From an uncultured Candidatus Micrarchaeota archaeon (GTDB lineage: Archaea > Micrarchaeota > Micrarchaeia > Norongarragalinales > CAINOH01): 64,000 nt of DNA. The stretch covers positions 8,353 through 72,352 of the forward strand of contig CAINOH010000012.1 of the NCBI GenBank assembly GCA_903851445.1, read 5' to 3'. The notes under the pieces were generated by a model. It made no database searches. It worked only from the letters and a program-made list of their open reading frames with translations, and was not told the DNA's origin. The position numbers and the translations under genes are program-made. Position 1 is the stretch's first letter. Every line of letters starts with the position of its first letter. Below are positions 16,856 to 25,838 of this stretch, piece by piece.

Positions 16856-18283
16856 TTAGTCCTTAGTTTCGCCCGAGTAAAGCTTGATTTTGGAACCCTT
16901 CCACTCGATGTCCATATGGTCCTTGGAACCTGAAGCGGCTTCCTTCTTCGTGCCTGCCTGCGCCTTCGGCTCGGCAGCTGGGGCAACCGCCTTTTGCGGT
17001 TCCTTTAGCACGAGCTCAACGCGGTTGGCTGCTTTCGGCGCCTTGCGCGCCTTCTTTGCAGCAGCCTTCCTTGCAACAGGCTTTGCATTCTTGACAACCA
17101 GCTCTATCTTGTTGGTTGCTGGCTTGGCCTTCTTTCTTTTCCTGGGCGCGGCTTTCTTTTGCCTTGCATCGCGTACAACAAGCTCAACGCGGTTCGTCCT
17201 CTTTACGGCCTTGCGCCTCTTCCTTGCAGGCGCAGCGCGGGCGTTCTTGACAACCAACTCGACACGGTTGGATGCGCGGCGCGCCTTGCGCTTCTTCTTT
17301 GCAGCGGCCTTCTTTCTGGCGGGCCTTGCTGCATTCTTGACAACAAGCTCAACGCGGTTAGATGCACGAGTGGCCTTGCGGCGCCTCTTTTTCTGCTTCC
17401 TTGCAACGGGGTTCTTGAGCACGAGTTCAACGCGGTTGGTTTTCCTTGCCGCCTTTCGCCTCTTCCTTGCAGGCGCAGCGCGGGCGTTCTTGACAACCAG
17501 CTCAACGCGGTTGGTTGTGCGAACGGCCTTGCGGCGCTTGCGGGCGTGGCTGCGCAGGGCCTTCCTGGCATTCTTCTTGACTGGCGCTTTCCTGTACACT
17601 ATTTTCTTGCGCACGACCTTCTTGACTACAGCTTTCCGTGCTTTCTTCCTTGAAGCCTTCCTTGTAACTTTCTTGACTTTCCTTTTCTTGCGGCGCCTTG
17701 CGGGAGCCGCCTTCCTTTCGACCACAACGGGCTGGACGAAGACGGGCTTGAGCGGAATGTCTATCTGCTCGGACTTCTGCGGCTGCGCAGCCTTCTCTAC
17801 GCCAAGCATGCGCTCGACTGCGGCGATGCGGTATTCCAGGACTGCGAACTCGGAGCTTAGGTCCTGCATCCGGTTATCGTGCGACTTTATGCTGTCAGAA
17901 AGCGAGTCAACCTTCTCGTCGAGCGGCGACGCTGCCTCTATAATCATCCCTGAATCGGCCCCTGCTTCCTCGGGGCTTTCCTCGAGCCGGGCTGCATCTG
18001 CAAGCGAGCTTGACGGCAGAGCCCCAAGCTCGTAGGGGAGCACCTCGTCTGCGAACTTGGTCTCGCCAACAGCGGTCTTGATTGCAGCGAGCCGGTCCGA
18101 AAGGAGCACGGAGTCGCCTGTAGGGGCAACCGTGGTGCTGCTAGTTGTTTCAACTGACCTGCTGGTGCTTTGGTAGGAGGACGTTGTCCGCCCGGCTGCC
18201 TGCTGCCTTGAATTCAGGTAAGCGTTGAACAGGCACGCGTCCAATCCTGCAATGCCCAGAAGGGCAACTTGTTCCAAGACCAT
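16856..18283 (-). CDS. N-terminally membrane-anchored coiled-coil protein with seven polybasic NRVELVVKN repeats
   Basis: 475 aa. It has an N-terminal hydrophobic helix, an acidic/coiled-coil segment, then 7 repeats of about 25-29 aa, each a K/R-rich stretch followed by NRVELV(V/L)KN. The frame persists through the repeats. Confidence 0.7.
   Translation of the reverse strand: MVLEQVALLGIAGLDACLFNAYLNSRQQAAGRTTSSYQSTSRSVETTSSTTVAPTGDSVLLSDRLAAIKTAVGETKFADEVLPYELGALPSSSLADAARLEESPEEAGADSGMIIEAASPLDEKVDSLSDSIKSHDNRMQDLSSEFAVLEYRIAAVERMLGVEKAAQPQKSEQIDIPLKPVFVQPVVVERKAAPARRRKKRKVKKVTRKASRKKARKAVVKKVVRKKIVYRKAPVKKNARKALRSHARKRRKAVRTTNRVELVVKNARAAPARKRRKAARKTNRVELVLKNPVARKQKKRRRKATRASNRVELVVKNAARPARKKAAAKKKRKARRASNRVELVVKNARAAPARKRRKAVKRTNRVELVVRDARQKKAAPRKRKKAKPATNKIELVVKNAKPVARKAAAKKARKAPKAANRVELVLKEPQKAVAPAAEPKAQAGTKKEAASGSKDHMDIEWKGSKIKLYSGETKD
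16990..17545 (-). repeat. in-frame tandem DNA repeats (about 75-87 nt period) encoding the polybasic repeats
   Basis: CTCAACGCGGTTGG-type cores recur near 17021, 17100, 17188, 17263, 17350, 17425 and 17500. Confidence 0.8.
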
Positions 18284-18306
18284 CTTAACAAAAACCCACA
18301 GGTGAT

Positions 18307-20997
18307 TTACCGCTTCTTTGCCGGCTTCTTCTCCTCTTTTGGCTTCGCTTCTTCTTTATCCTCGTCCGCATCCTCGTCAGAATCCTCGTCGTCGGGTTGC
18401 TTGCGTGCAAAGTAGAAGAGCACGAGTATGACGCCGACGGCGACTACTGCAAGCGAGAACATCGACACGAGGCCGCCCGAGAACAACCCGGTTGAGGCCG
18501 ACGGCGACACTGCGCGAAGGGACACGGGCAGGGAATATACCTCGCCGGTCTTCGAGGACGCGACGATGGTGGCGTTGTAGTCCTTGTCCTTTGGAAGCTG
18601 CGTTGAAAGCGATATTTCCACGTACGAGTTTGCCGGGATTGTGGCTGCGGCAGGCGTGACACTGATTGCGGGCTCGCGGACGGAAAGCGTCACGTTGGCA
18701 GCCGCGTTCGCATAATTGTAGAGGCGCACGGTCGTGTTGACGCGCTCAACGGAGCCGTTGGTCCCGTTCACTGCTGACGCGGATGACTTGAAAGTCATTG
18801 CCGCGACCATTCCCGTAGTTGCGTTGACAAGGAACAGCGTCTCGCCCGAGCCCTGTTCGCCAACTGCGCGCACGGTTGCGTTGAATGGCTTTGACAGACC
18901 GGTTGACACCACAAGGTCAACGTTGACGCTTTTTCCCGCTGGAATCAGGGGAATGATGGCGTCGGACACGGTCATGTTCGAAATCAGCACGCGCACCGAG
19001 CTGACGTCGTAGTCCGCCGCGTTGCGGATGGTCACTGTGACGGGCTTTTGCAATCCCGACTCGAACATGAGGCCCTGCGGCAATATCGCCCACAGCACGC
19101 CAGCCGGCTTATTGGTCACGTTCGTGGCGTTTGAGGATGCGTTTGCAACAGGAGTTGCAGCCGCGGTCGGCACAGCTGAAGGATACACTATCGGGAGCGT
19201 CTCGTTTCCTGAAAGCACGTTCACAAGGGTGAGGTTGGAGGCGAAGCACTCGTCCACCTGAAGCTGCGAGGCCACGGAGCCCGAAGTCTTGCCGTTTCCT
19301 GCAATCAGAACGATTGGGTAGGAGCCTAGCGCGACATCGGTCGTGTTCACTGTGTAGTACACGTTCTCGGATGACTTGTTCGGCACCGAAAGCGAGTTGA
19401 CCGAGAGGGTGCCCTTGAGCGGGCTGCTCGCGGTAATGTTGAACACCACCGCAACATTCTCGGGGTTGTACACGCCGAACTTGAAGCGGGCGACCTCGCC
19501 CTTGCAGGCGCGGATTGCGGAAAGGAACATCGAGGGGTTGAATGCCGATGCACACGAGGCAACCGGCGTGAGGTCCACGCTAAGCTGCGTGCTTGCAACC
19601 GAGTTCGCCGTGGAGTAGATTGTGACAACGCGCGCCTCGCCGGAGGAGTTGTACTGCACCGGCGCGGTGACCATCACAAGGGCAGTGCGTTCCTCGCCTG
19701 CGGGAACGAGAAGCGCTTCGGGCGAGAACTCTACAGCAAGGTCGGGAGCGGCCTTTGCGCTGAGCAGGAATATGTCGGATTCAGCGCCGCTGTTGCGCAC
19801 GGTCAGGGTGCGCGCCATCACCTGCGTGGGGCAGAGCGCCATCTTCGCAGTTGCGAGGCTGACTGTACTTGCGTAACAGTCGCGCACGCGCAGGCCGCTG
19901 GTTGCGGTGACCTGGTTGTCAACCGCCTTTGCGGTGACGTTGAAGTAGTACGTGCCGGGGTTGACCTGTGCGGTGTCAACAGTGACTACGAAGGCCACGG
20001 TCTTGTTTGAATCCACGACCATTGAGGATGAGGGCGAAACAGCTGCGGCAACGCCGGATACTGCGATTGAATAATTCTGCGCAGTGGCTGCGGGGTTGGT
20101 GATCGAGTAGTCATATGCTACGCTCTCTCCGCGGCACACGTCGTACTGGATTGAGCTTGTGATTACTGCAGCGGGAACCTTTGGTATCTCGGCGCACGAA
20201 TTTGACGTGCTGTTGCAAGCAAATCCCGAACCGCATCCGGGGTTGTTGTACTTGCACCCGGGGGGCAGAACGCAGGCGTTGTTCTGGCACACCTTTGGCG
20301 AAGTGCAGGCCGGGTTCGAGTACGCGCAACCTGTTGGCGTCGGCGTGGGAACCGGCGCGGTCACCTGGACGGTGACTGTTGCCGACTGCTTTGAGCGGCC
20401 GGACGAAGTGATTTGGATGGTGTGCGCGCCCGTTGTTGCCGAGCAGGGGACGGAAATCATCGCATCAGATGACGCCTGGCCTGACGGGTTCACGTTCAGG
20501 GCTTGTGGTGAGAAAGTCACTCCAAGGTCGCCTGTTGACGAAAGCAAATACGAGTCCTGCTTGGAACCTGAATTCTGGAGCGAGACCTTGACTTTTACTG
20601 AATTGCATTTCTCTGCAGTTGCGGCAGTGGGGCTTACTGAAAGTATGGAGTCATAACAGTTCGAGACTATGAGCAGGCCGCTTGCGCGCGACACCGAGGC
20701 CACGCCATCAGCGATTATCGTGAAGGGGTAATTGCCCGGCGCCTTGCCAGAAGTGGGAACAGTGAATGTGAAGTTGACCTTCTCGCCGCTGCCAAGGGAG
20801 ACTGTGGTCAGGGAAAGCGTGCCGGCGATTCCCGACGGGCTGATTGCATAAGTGAGGGGCTCAGCCTGGTTGTAAAGCTCGAACTCGAACACGGCATTCT
20901 CGGCCTTGCACACGGTGACGCTTCCGGAAGCGTCCGCAAGCGCAAACGGCACAGCAAGCATTAGCAGGAACAGACCGAATATGAGCGAATACTTCAT
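18307..20997 (-). CDS. large cell-surface protein (signal peptide, Ig-like/CARDB-like repeats, C-terminal TM anchor, acidic cytoplasmic tail)
   Basis: 896 aa. Signal peptide MKYSLIFGLFLLMLAVPFALA. Repeated beta-rich modules with NxS/T sequons. Cys-knot linker GCAYSNPACTSPKVCQNNACVLPPGCKYNNPGCGSGFAC. C-terminal TM helix followed by the DDEDSDEDADEDKEE tail. Confidence 0.8.
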   Translation of the reverse strand: MKYSLIFGLFLLMLAVPFALADASGSVTVCKAENAVFEFELYNQAEPLTYAISPSGIAGTLSLTTVSLGSGEKVNFTFTVPTSGKAPGNYPFTIIADGVASVSRASGLLIVSNCYDSILSVSPTAATAEKCNSVKVKVSLQNSGSKQDSYLLSSTGDLGVTFSPQALNVNPSGQASSDAMISVPCSATTGAHTIQITSSGRSKQSATVTVQVTAPVPTPTPTGCAYSNPACTSPKVCQNNACVLPPGCKYNNPGCGSGFACNSTSNSCAEIPKVPAAVITSSIQYDVCRGESVAYDYSITNPAATAQNYSIAVSGVAAAVSPSSSMVVDSNKTVAFVVTVDTAQVNPGTYYFNVTAKAVDNQVTATSGLRVRDCYASTVSLATAKMALCPTQVMARTLTVRNSGAESDIFLLSAKAAPDLAVEFSPEALLVPAGEERTALVMVTAPVQYNSSGEARVVTIYSTANSVASTQLSVDLTPVASCASAFNPSMFLSAIRACKGEVARFKFGVYNPENVAVVFNITASSPLKGTLSVNSLSVPNKSSENVYYTVNTTDVALGSYPIVLIAGNGKTSGSVASQLQVDECFASNLTLVNVLSGNETLPIVYPSAVPTAAATPVANASSNATNVTNKPAGVLWAILPQGLMFESGLQKPVTVTIRNAADYDVSSVRVLISNMTVSDAIIPLIPAGKSVNVDLVVSTGLSKPFNATVRAVGEQGSGETLFLVNATTGMVAAMTFKSSASAVNGTNGSVERVNTTVRLYNYANAAANVTLSVREPAISVTPAAATIPANSYVEISLSTQLPKDKDYNATIVASSKTGEVYSLPVSLRAVSPSASTGLFSGGLVSMFSLAVVAVGVILVLFYFARKQPDDEDSDEDADEDKEEAKPKEEKKPAKKR

Positions 20998-21007
20998 TTG
21001 ACATAAA

Positions 21008-21054
21008 CCCCCTTTTTAACACAATTTTCCTTCCCCTAAAAAATTAAAAGGGGG
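21008..21054 (-). other. intercistronic hairpin between the two surface-protein genes
   Basis: CCCCCTTTTTAA (21008..21019) and TTAAAAGGGGG (21044..21054) are inverted repeats with one bulge around a 24-nt T-rich loop. Confidence 0.5.
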
Positions 21055-21078
21055 ATGGGTGCCTCATTGCCAAAGCCG

Positions 21079-24000
21079 CTATGCCGCGGCCTCCTCGTTC
21101 ATGCGGATGCCGTAGAACAGCACCGCGCCAATTACAAGAAGTACCGCTATTGCCAGGCCGTAGCCTGAAAAGCCTGCTGCGCTAAAGAATCCGGTGAGGA
21201 TCCCTGTACCAGGCTCGACATTTGTCGCGTCTATTGAGAACGGCGCGCTGGCAGTCCTGCCAATCGGGTCGACGATTGCGATCGAGGCCTGGTAGACGCG
21301 CTTCTGGAAGTTGTCCGTGCTCATTGCAACGGTGAACTCGCGCATGTCTCCTGACCGGATGGTTGCCGCGCGCGGGTAGTACTGCGCTTGCCAGCCTTCC
21401 GGCAGGCTGACGTCAGCCTCGTAAAGCAGCGCGCGGTCCTCGTTGTTCTTGACAAGGAACGAGGCGTTGGCTATGAAGTACGTGCCGTTGTAACTATAGT
21501 CTATCTGCGGCGCGTAAATCGTCACGTCCGGAGTGTTGCTTGACTGCGACTGAGAAAGGGTTGAGCGGTTGATTGCATACAGCGAGGACGCGTACTGCGA
21601 GCTTGCGTTCTTTGCGCCGATTGTCGCAAAGCACAGCTGCTGCTGCTTGACTATTGTGCCGTCCTTGCGTATGTACAAAGTCACGTAGTTGGCCGAAAGC
21701 AAGCCTGTCGGGTTGACGGACACCGTGACGATTTGGCTTGAGTACCTTGCGAAGTTGTTGATTACTGGAGGCGAGACTATCGGGTGCAGGTAGCCGTTGT
21801 CAGTTACCTCAACCGCGTAGTTTGCGGTCTCGCCGTTGTTGTAGAGCGTTATCGGGTACTGCACGCCGATTGCGATGTTGGGGCACCCCGAGAAGCCTAT
21901 TGAGATGTCCGAGCTTGATGCGCCACTGGACAACGCCACCGTGTCGGTTGCGGTCCCGAACGGAGCGTTTGCGCGTATGACTATTGGGATTGTGTAGAAC
22001 TGTGCGTTGGGCACTGTTGCGCAGAACGAAAGGTCGTCGCGCGTCTCGTAGGATGAAAGGCGGTATTGCTGGAAGTTGAAGCTCCCGCCAACGTAATACG
22101 GCCCTGAATCGTAGGACATCGTCACCGTGCCCGAGTCCGGGCCGCGGTTCTCCACCTGCATTGCATAGCAAACGCGCTGGCCAATCGCAGCAGAGCGGAG
22201 CTTGTCAACCAGGTTGAGGTGAATGCTGCCCGAGACCGAGGCGCAAATCGGAATCTCCAGGGCCTGCGAGGACGCGGAGTTGCCGTTGTTGAAGTTGACC
22301 ACTCCAAGCGAGCCTCCTGAGAAGCCGTCGGCAAACGCAGCTGTGACCGAGATTATCTTCTCCTCGCCTGCTGAAAGCGAGACCGAGGTCGGGCCCGAGA
22401 GCGTGACCTGCGAAATCGAAGAGTAAGTAACGGTAACCGTAGTCGATGACTGCTGGCTGTTCTTGAGCTTGATCTGGTAAGTGCCGGAAGTCGTGCCGCA
22501 CGAGGGCGAGGAATAAAGCGAGACGGTAAAGTCGCCGCCGAGCGAGAGCTTGTCAGTTGAAGCGCACGACCCGCTCTGCGACTTGACGGTTACGTCGTAG
22601 TCTCCTGCGGGAACGTTCGCTATTGATGCGCTGATGTCGCCCGAGCTTGTGGATACGCCGCTGGCTGAGCCGACTGTTGCGCCTGCCTTGTCGCGCACCT
22701 CAATTGTATAAGTGCCGGACACGCGCGTGCCGTTGCCGTCAGCAAGGTATCCAGTGACCTGCACACCGGATGCTGTTGAGGAGAACTTTGCAGCGCCGTT
22801 TACGAGCCGAAGGTCGCACGTTCCTGCAAAGGTGCTTGCGCCTGTTGCGTATGAAGATACCACCGGGCAGGAAAGGTACTTGGCGTCAACCTGTGACGAG
22901 TAGGTCCCGTCGCCGAACGGCCCGGGTATGGACAAAGTGTAAGTGCCGTCAAGGAGCGAGCCGACGTAGGCCTGCTTGTAGAGGTTCCCGTCCTTGAATA
23001 TCTTCACAGTGACATTCGCAGCTGAAAGCGGGGTGCCGTGGTTGTACACGGTTCCCGAAACAGATGCCGGGCTTGCGAACCCCTTCTGCGAGAACGCGGA
23101 CGCAACGGTCACGTCGCACGAGGCCAGTGCCACGACCACGTTGGACGCGGCTTGCGGGCACGAATTGAATTGTGCAGTAGCGTTTATCCGATAAGAGCCG
23201 CTCGAAAGCGAACTTGGGACTATCCAGTTTGTCGAGAACTCGCCGCCCGAGGCGCTGACCGGGATGGTTGCCTGGGTGTTTCCAAGCAAGTCCTGGATGC
23301 GCACGTACACGGTGGTGCCTATTGGCAGGTTGTTGTTGCGGATTTTACCATTAATCGTCATCATCTCGCCGCTCGCGTACTGGTACTTGTCGGTCTCGAC
23401 GCTGATTGCGGTGTTGCAGGTATCGACGTGGAAGTTGACTGTCGCGCCAGCAGAGTCGCAGCCCGAAGTGCAGGCCACGCTGCCACTTGGAAGCTCGATG
23501 TTGCACACCACGTCCATCGAGTAGGTGCCCTGCTGCTTGAAGTACGACTGGTTGACGTGCACCACTCCGGTGTACTCAAGGTTGGGCAGCACGTCGAACG
23601 GGTACGCGCCCACGTAAGTGCGCGAAAGTCCGGGGCCGGTAAGGTACGCCTTGCAGTCAACCGGCGGGTCGTTCTTGCAGAACTGGTTTGTTTCCGCTGA
23701 AATCTGCAGGTCGTTGTGCTCAAGGTATCCGCGGACAACACACGCGTTATCCCCTCCGAGATTGTGGTTGCACGGATTTACATTGGAAACTTCGGGGTTG
23801 GTTATTCCGTAGCGGATGCAGTAGTCCTTGACCACGCCGGTGCAAGTCGAAGAGAGATAATAATACTTGTAGCAATCTATTCCGCAGATTTTCTCGCCTG
23901 CAGAGCAAGTGTAGCCGCCTGACGGGTTGGAAGGCGCCTGGTACTGGCACTGGCCGTTAGCGTTGCAATAGTAGTTGGAGCCGTAAGTGCTCTGGCAATA

Positions 24001-25101
24001 GTCATTCGTGCACGAAGTGCTTGAACCGGAGTTGCACTTTCCGTTGGAACAGCCGTTGGTGCAGGAATATCCGGGATTGTTGTACTGCCCGTTCTGGCAT
24101 ACGCCCTCCGCAAGAGTAATGCCATCGGACAAGCAAGTATCATAGTAGGTGCTTGAACCTACCTGCACGTAACCATACGTGTCTGGAGAAAGTCCCCCGT
24201 CTGAATCGTAGCACGAGCCTGTTGAGCCGGAATTGCACGCGCCGTTGGAGCATCCGTTTGTGCAGTACTCGGTGGTGGACGCGTAACCGGTCCCGCTGCA
24301 GTAGTATTCGGTGAGCGTGTTGCCGGAGCAATAATCGGAGTGAGAATAATAGCTGCCTGAATTGTAGCCCCAAACGTAACTGCCCGAATCGGAGCACGAA
24401 TCATAGTCATAATCCCAGTCGCTTACGCAAGTATTGCCGTTCCAGTGCCGAAGATAGCCGCAGTTGTGGTCGCAATACTGGTAGCGGCAGGTGTTGTCGC
24501 TGCACACTTCGTCCCCGCCGCAGTCGCCATCTGAATAGCAATAGCCTGAGAGGAGCCTGCACTGGCCATTGCGCAACTCTTCATACCACTTACAAGTTGG
24601 CTGGTTGTAGATGCAGACGTTGCGGCTGGTGTCGCAGTACTGGTTGGAGCCGCAGGACGGGTTGTTGTACTTGCATCCGGTGCAGACCATGTCGCCTGAG
24701 TTGAAGAGCAATAGATTACTGTAGGTGGTTTCCTGGCGGTATTTGACCAGGTTTGACTGCCGGACGCTGATGCGGAAGAGCGACTCCGCGCCGCTTCCTG
24801 CGAGGCTCTCGTCATTTACGGAAGTGATTTCGAGGTTCTGCATGCAAAAACAGGCAGTGTCGTAAGGGACCGTGCGCGTCTGGGACTGGTTATAGGAAGT
24901 GCAGGAAAGCGTGCTGCGACAAAGCGAGTCGGTTGGAAGGAAATAAGTGCAAGCCTGGCCTGCAGTGTCGCACGTTGCGCCCGGAGTGCAGGAAGAGTAT
25001 GCGGATGCCGACGGGAGCGCAACGAATATTGCGGCCGCGACCAGAAGAAGCCCGATTAATGGCAAGAGGAAATTTACGAAAGCCTTGCGAGAAAATGCCA
25101 T
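21079..25101 (-). CDS. very large cell-surface protein (signal peptide, Cys-rich N-terminal modules, Ig-like repeats, C-terminal TM anchor)
   Basis: 1340 aa. Signal peptide ...ALPSASAYS. The first ~500 aa are Cys-rich, with CKYNNPSCGSNQYC and the duplicated C(T/S)NGCSNG(A/K)CNSGS motif plus YDSDGG. These are followed by beta-rich repeats. C-terminal TGILTGFF, a TM helix, then RMNEEAAA. Confidence 0.8.
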   Translation of the reverse strand: MAFSRKAFVNFLLPLIGLLLVAAAIFVALPSASAYSSCTPGATCDTAGQACTYFLPTDSLCRSTLSCTSYNQSQTRTVPYDTACFCMQNLEITSVNDESLAGSGAESLFRISVRQSNLVKYRQETTYSNLLLFNSGDMVCTGCKYNNPSCGSNQYCDTSRNVCIYNQPTCKWYEELRNGQCRLLSGYCYSDGDCGGDEVCSDNTCRYQYCDHNCGYLRHWNGNTCVSDWDYDYDSCSDSGSYVWGYNSGSYYSHSDYCSGNTLTEYYCSGTGYASTTEYCTNGCSNGACNSGSTGSCYDSDGGLSPDTYGYVQVGSSTYYDTCLSDGITLAEGVCQNGQYNNPGYSCTNGCSNGKCNSGSSTSCTNDYCQSTYGSNYYCNANGQCQYQAPSNPSGGYTCSAGEKICGIDCYKYYYLSSTCTGVVKDYCIRYGITNPEVSNVNPCNHNLGGDNACVVRGYLEHNDLQISAETNQFCKNDPPVDCKAYLTGPGLSRTYVGAYPFDVLPNLEYTGVVHVNQSYFKQQGTYSMDVVCNIELPSGSVACTSGCDSAGATVNFHVDTCNTAISVETDKYQYASGEMMTINGKIRNNNLPIGTTVYVRIQDLLGNTQATIPVSASGGEFSTNWIVPSSLSSGSYRINATAQFNSCPQAASNVVVALASCDVTVASAFSQKGFASPASVSGTVYNHGTPLSAANVTVKIFKDGNLYKQAYVGSLLDGTYTLSIPGPFGDGTYSSQVDAKYLSCPVVSSYATGASTFAGTCDLRLVNGAAKFSSTASGVQVTGYLADGNGTRVSGTYTIEVRDKAGATVGSASGVSTSSGDISASIANVPAGDYDVTVKSQSGSCASTDKLSLGGDFTVSLYSSPSCGTTSGTYQIKLKNSQQSSTTVTVTYSSISQVTLSGPTSVSLSAGEEKIISVTAAFADGFSGGSLGVVNFNNGNSASSQALEIPICASVSGSIHLNLVDKLRSAAIGQRVCYAMQVENRGPDSGTVTMSYDSGPYYVGGSFNFQQYRLSSYETRDDLSFCATVPNAQFYTIPIVIRANAPFGTATDTVALSSGASSSDISIGFSGCPNIAIGVQYPITLYNNGETANYAVEVTDNGYLHPIVSPPVINNFARYSSQIVTVSVNPTGLLSANYVTLYIRKDGTIVKQQQLCFATIGAKNASSQYASSLYAINRSTLSQSQSSNTPDVTIYAPQIDYSYNGTYFIANASFLVKNNEDRALLYEADVSLPEGWQAQYYPRAATIRSGDMREFTVAMSTDNFQKRVYQASIAIVDPIGRTASAPFSIDATNVEPGTGILTGFFSAAGFSGYGLAIAVLLVIGAVLFYGIRMNEEAAA

Positions 25102-25140
25102 CTACCCACTGTCACCTATGAAATTGACCCCCTATATTAT

Positions 25141-25172
25141 GTTACTACTGTGCAGTAACTAATATTTAAAGG
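25141..25172 (-). promoter_or_regulatory. TATA-like box plus GTTACT-N7-AGTAAC palindrome upstream of the surface-protein operon
   Basis: The minus strand reads TTTAAATATT (complement of 25162..25171) followed by the palindrome at 25141..25159. It lies 40-70 nt upstream of the ATG at 25101. Confidence 0.4.
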
Positions 25173-25242
25173 AAATCCCCCAGCATACTGCTGGACCGTA
25201 AGTAATAATATAGTGGCGAAAACGCCAGGAAAGCGGAAAAAA

Positions 25243-25644
25243 CTAGCGGTAATTGTGCTTCTTGGGCACGTAGAACGCGTCGCCCTTTGTCGGGTCTGGC
25301 AGGACGACTTTTGAAGTGATGGTCTTCTTCATCACTTCCTCGAAAAGCGGGAAGTTCTCAACTACGAGTATTACCTGCTTGCGCGACATTCCCTTGCACC
25401 TGCGCAGGATGTCAAGGGCAAGCTGGCGGCGCTTGGTGGGCTTGGACATCACCAAGTCCAACTCTTCCTTCTTCTTGAGCTTGGCGTGTATCTCGCGCAG
25501 CACGCCCTTTACCTGTTTTTCGGCTGCTGCAAGCTCCTCTGACGGGAAACTGGTCTCGCGGCTTCTTAGGACGCGTTTTTCGCGGAGCACGAAAGCCAGG
25601 TACATTTCCATGTGCTCTGCGGACATTGGTTTAGGATTAGACAT
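25243..25644 (-). CDS. hypothetical protein
   Basis: 133 aa from the ATG at 25644 (MSNPKPMSAEHMEMYLAF...). Helical and K/R/E-rich, with no motif I recognise. Confidence 0.5.
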   Translation of the reverse strand: MSNPKPMSAEHMEMYLAFVLREKRVLRSRETSFPSEELAAAEKQVKGVLREIHAKLKKKEELDLVMSKPTKRRQLALDILRRCKGMSRKQVILVVENFPLFEEVMKKTITSKVVLPDPTKGDAFYVPKKHNYR

Positions 25645-25765
25645 AGATATTCTATGGACGTTGAACAATATATGCATTACTAAAGAGTAGTTACAAACCA
25701 GGAACCGCGAGTCCGAACCATAAGGCGGCGCAGCCTACGAGGTAAATGCGGCCCGCAAGAGCCCT

Positions 25766-25833
25766 GTTAACTCGATATTAACATTTATATACTTTGACGT
25801 TTCTTACAAATAAGCCGTTAAAACGGTATTAAC
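25766..25833 (+). promoter_or_regulatory. promoter of the wHTH-grpE-dnaK-dnaJ operon, with two GTTAA-N7-TTAAC palindromes bracketing a TATA box
   Basis: GTTAACTCGATATTAAC (25766..25782), TTTATATA (25784..25791) and GTTAAAACGGTATTAAC (25817..25833). The ATG is at 25839. Confidence 0.6.
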
Positions 25834-25838
25834 AGTAA

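Noticed and set aside
16990-17545. Regularly spaced ~75-nt repeats considered as a CRISPR-like array
   Set aside because: The repeats are imperfect, in frame and translate to a coherent protein repeat. There are no unique spacers of constant length and no cas genes.
16884-18035. 383-aa plus-strand ORF rich in F/L/A/T/S
   Set aside because: It is the antisense shadow of the polybasic repeat gene. Its composition is the mirror image of K/R/A codons, and it has no start context of its own.
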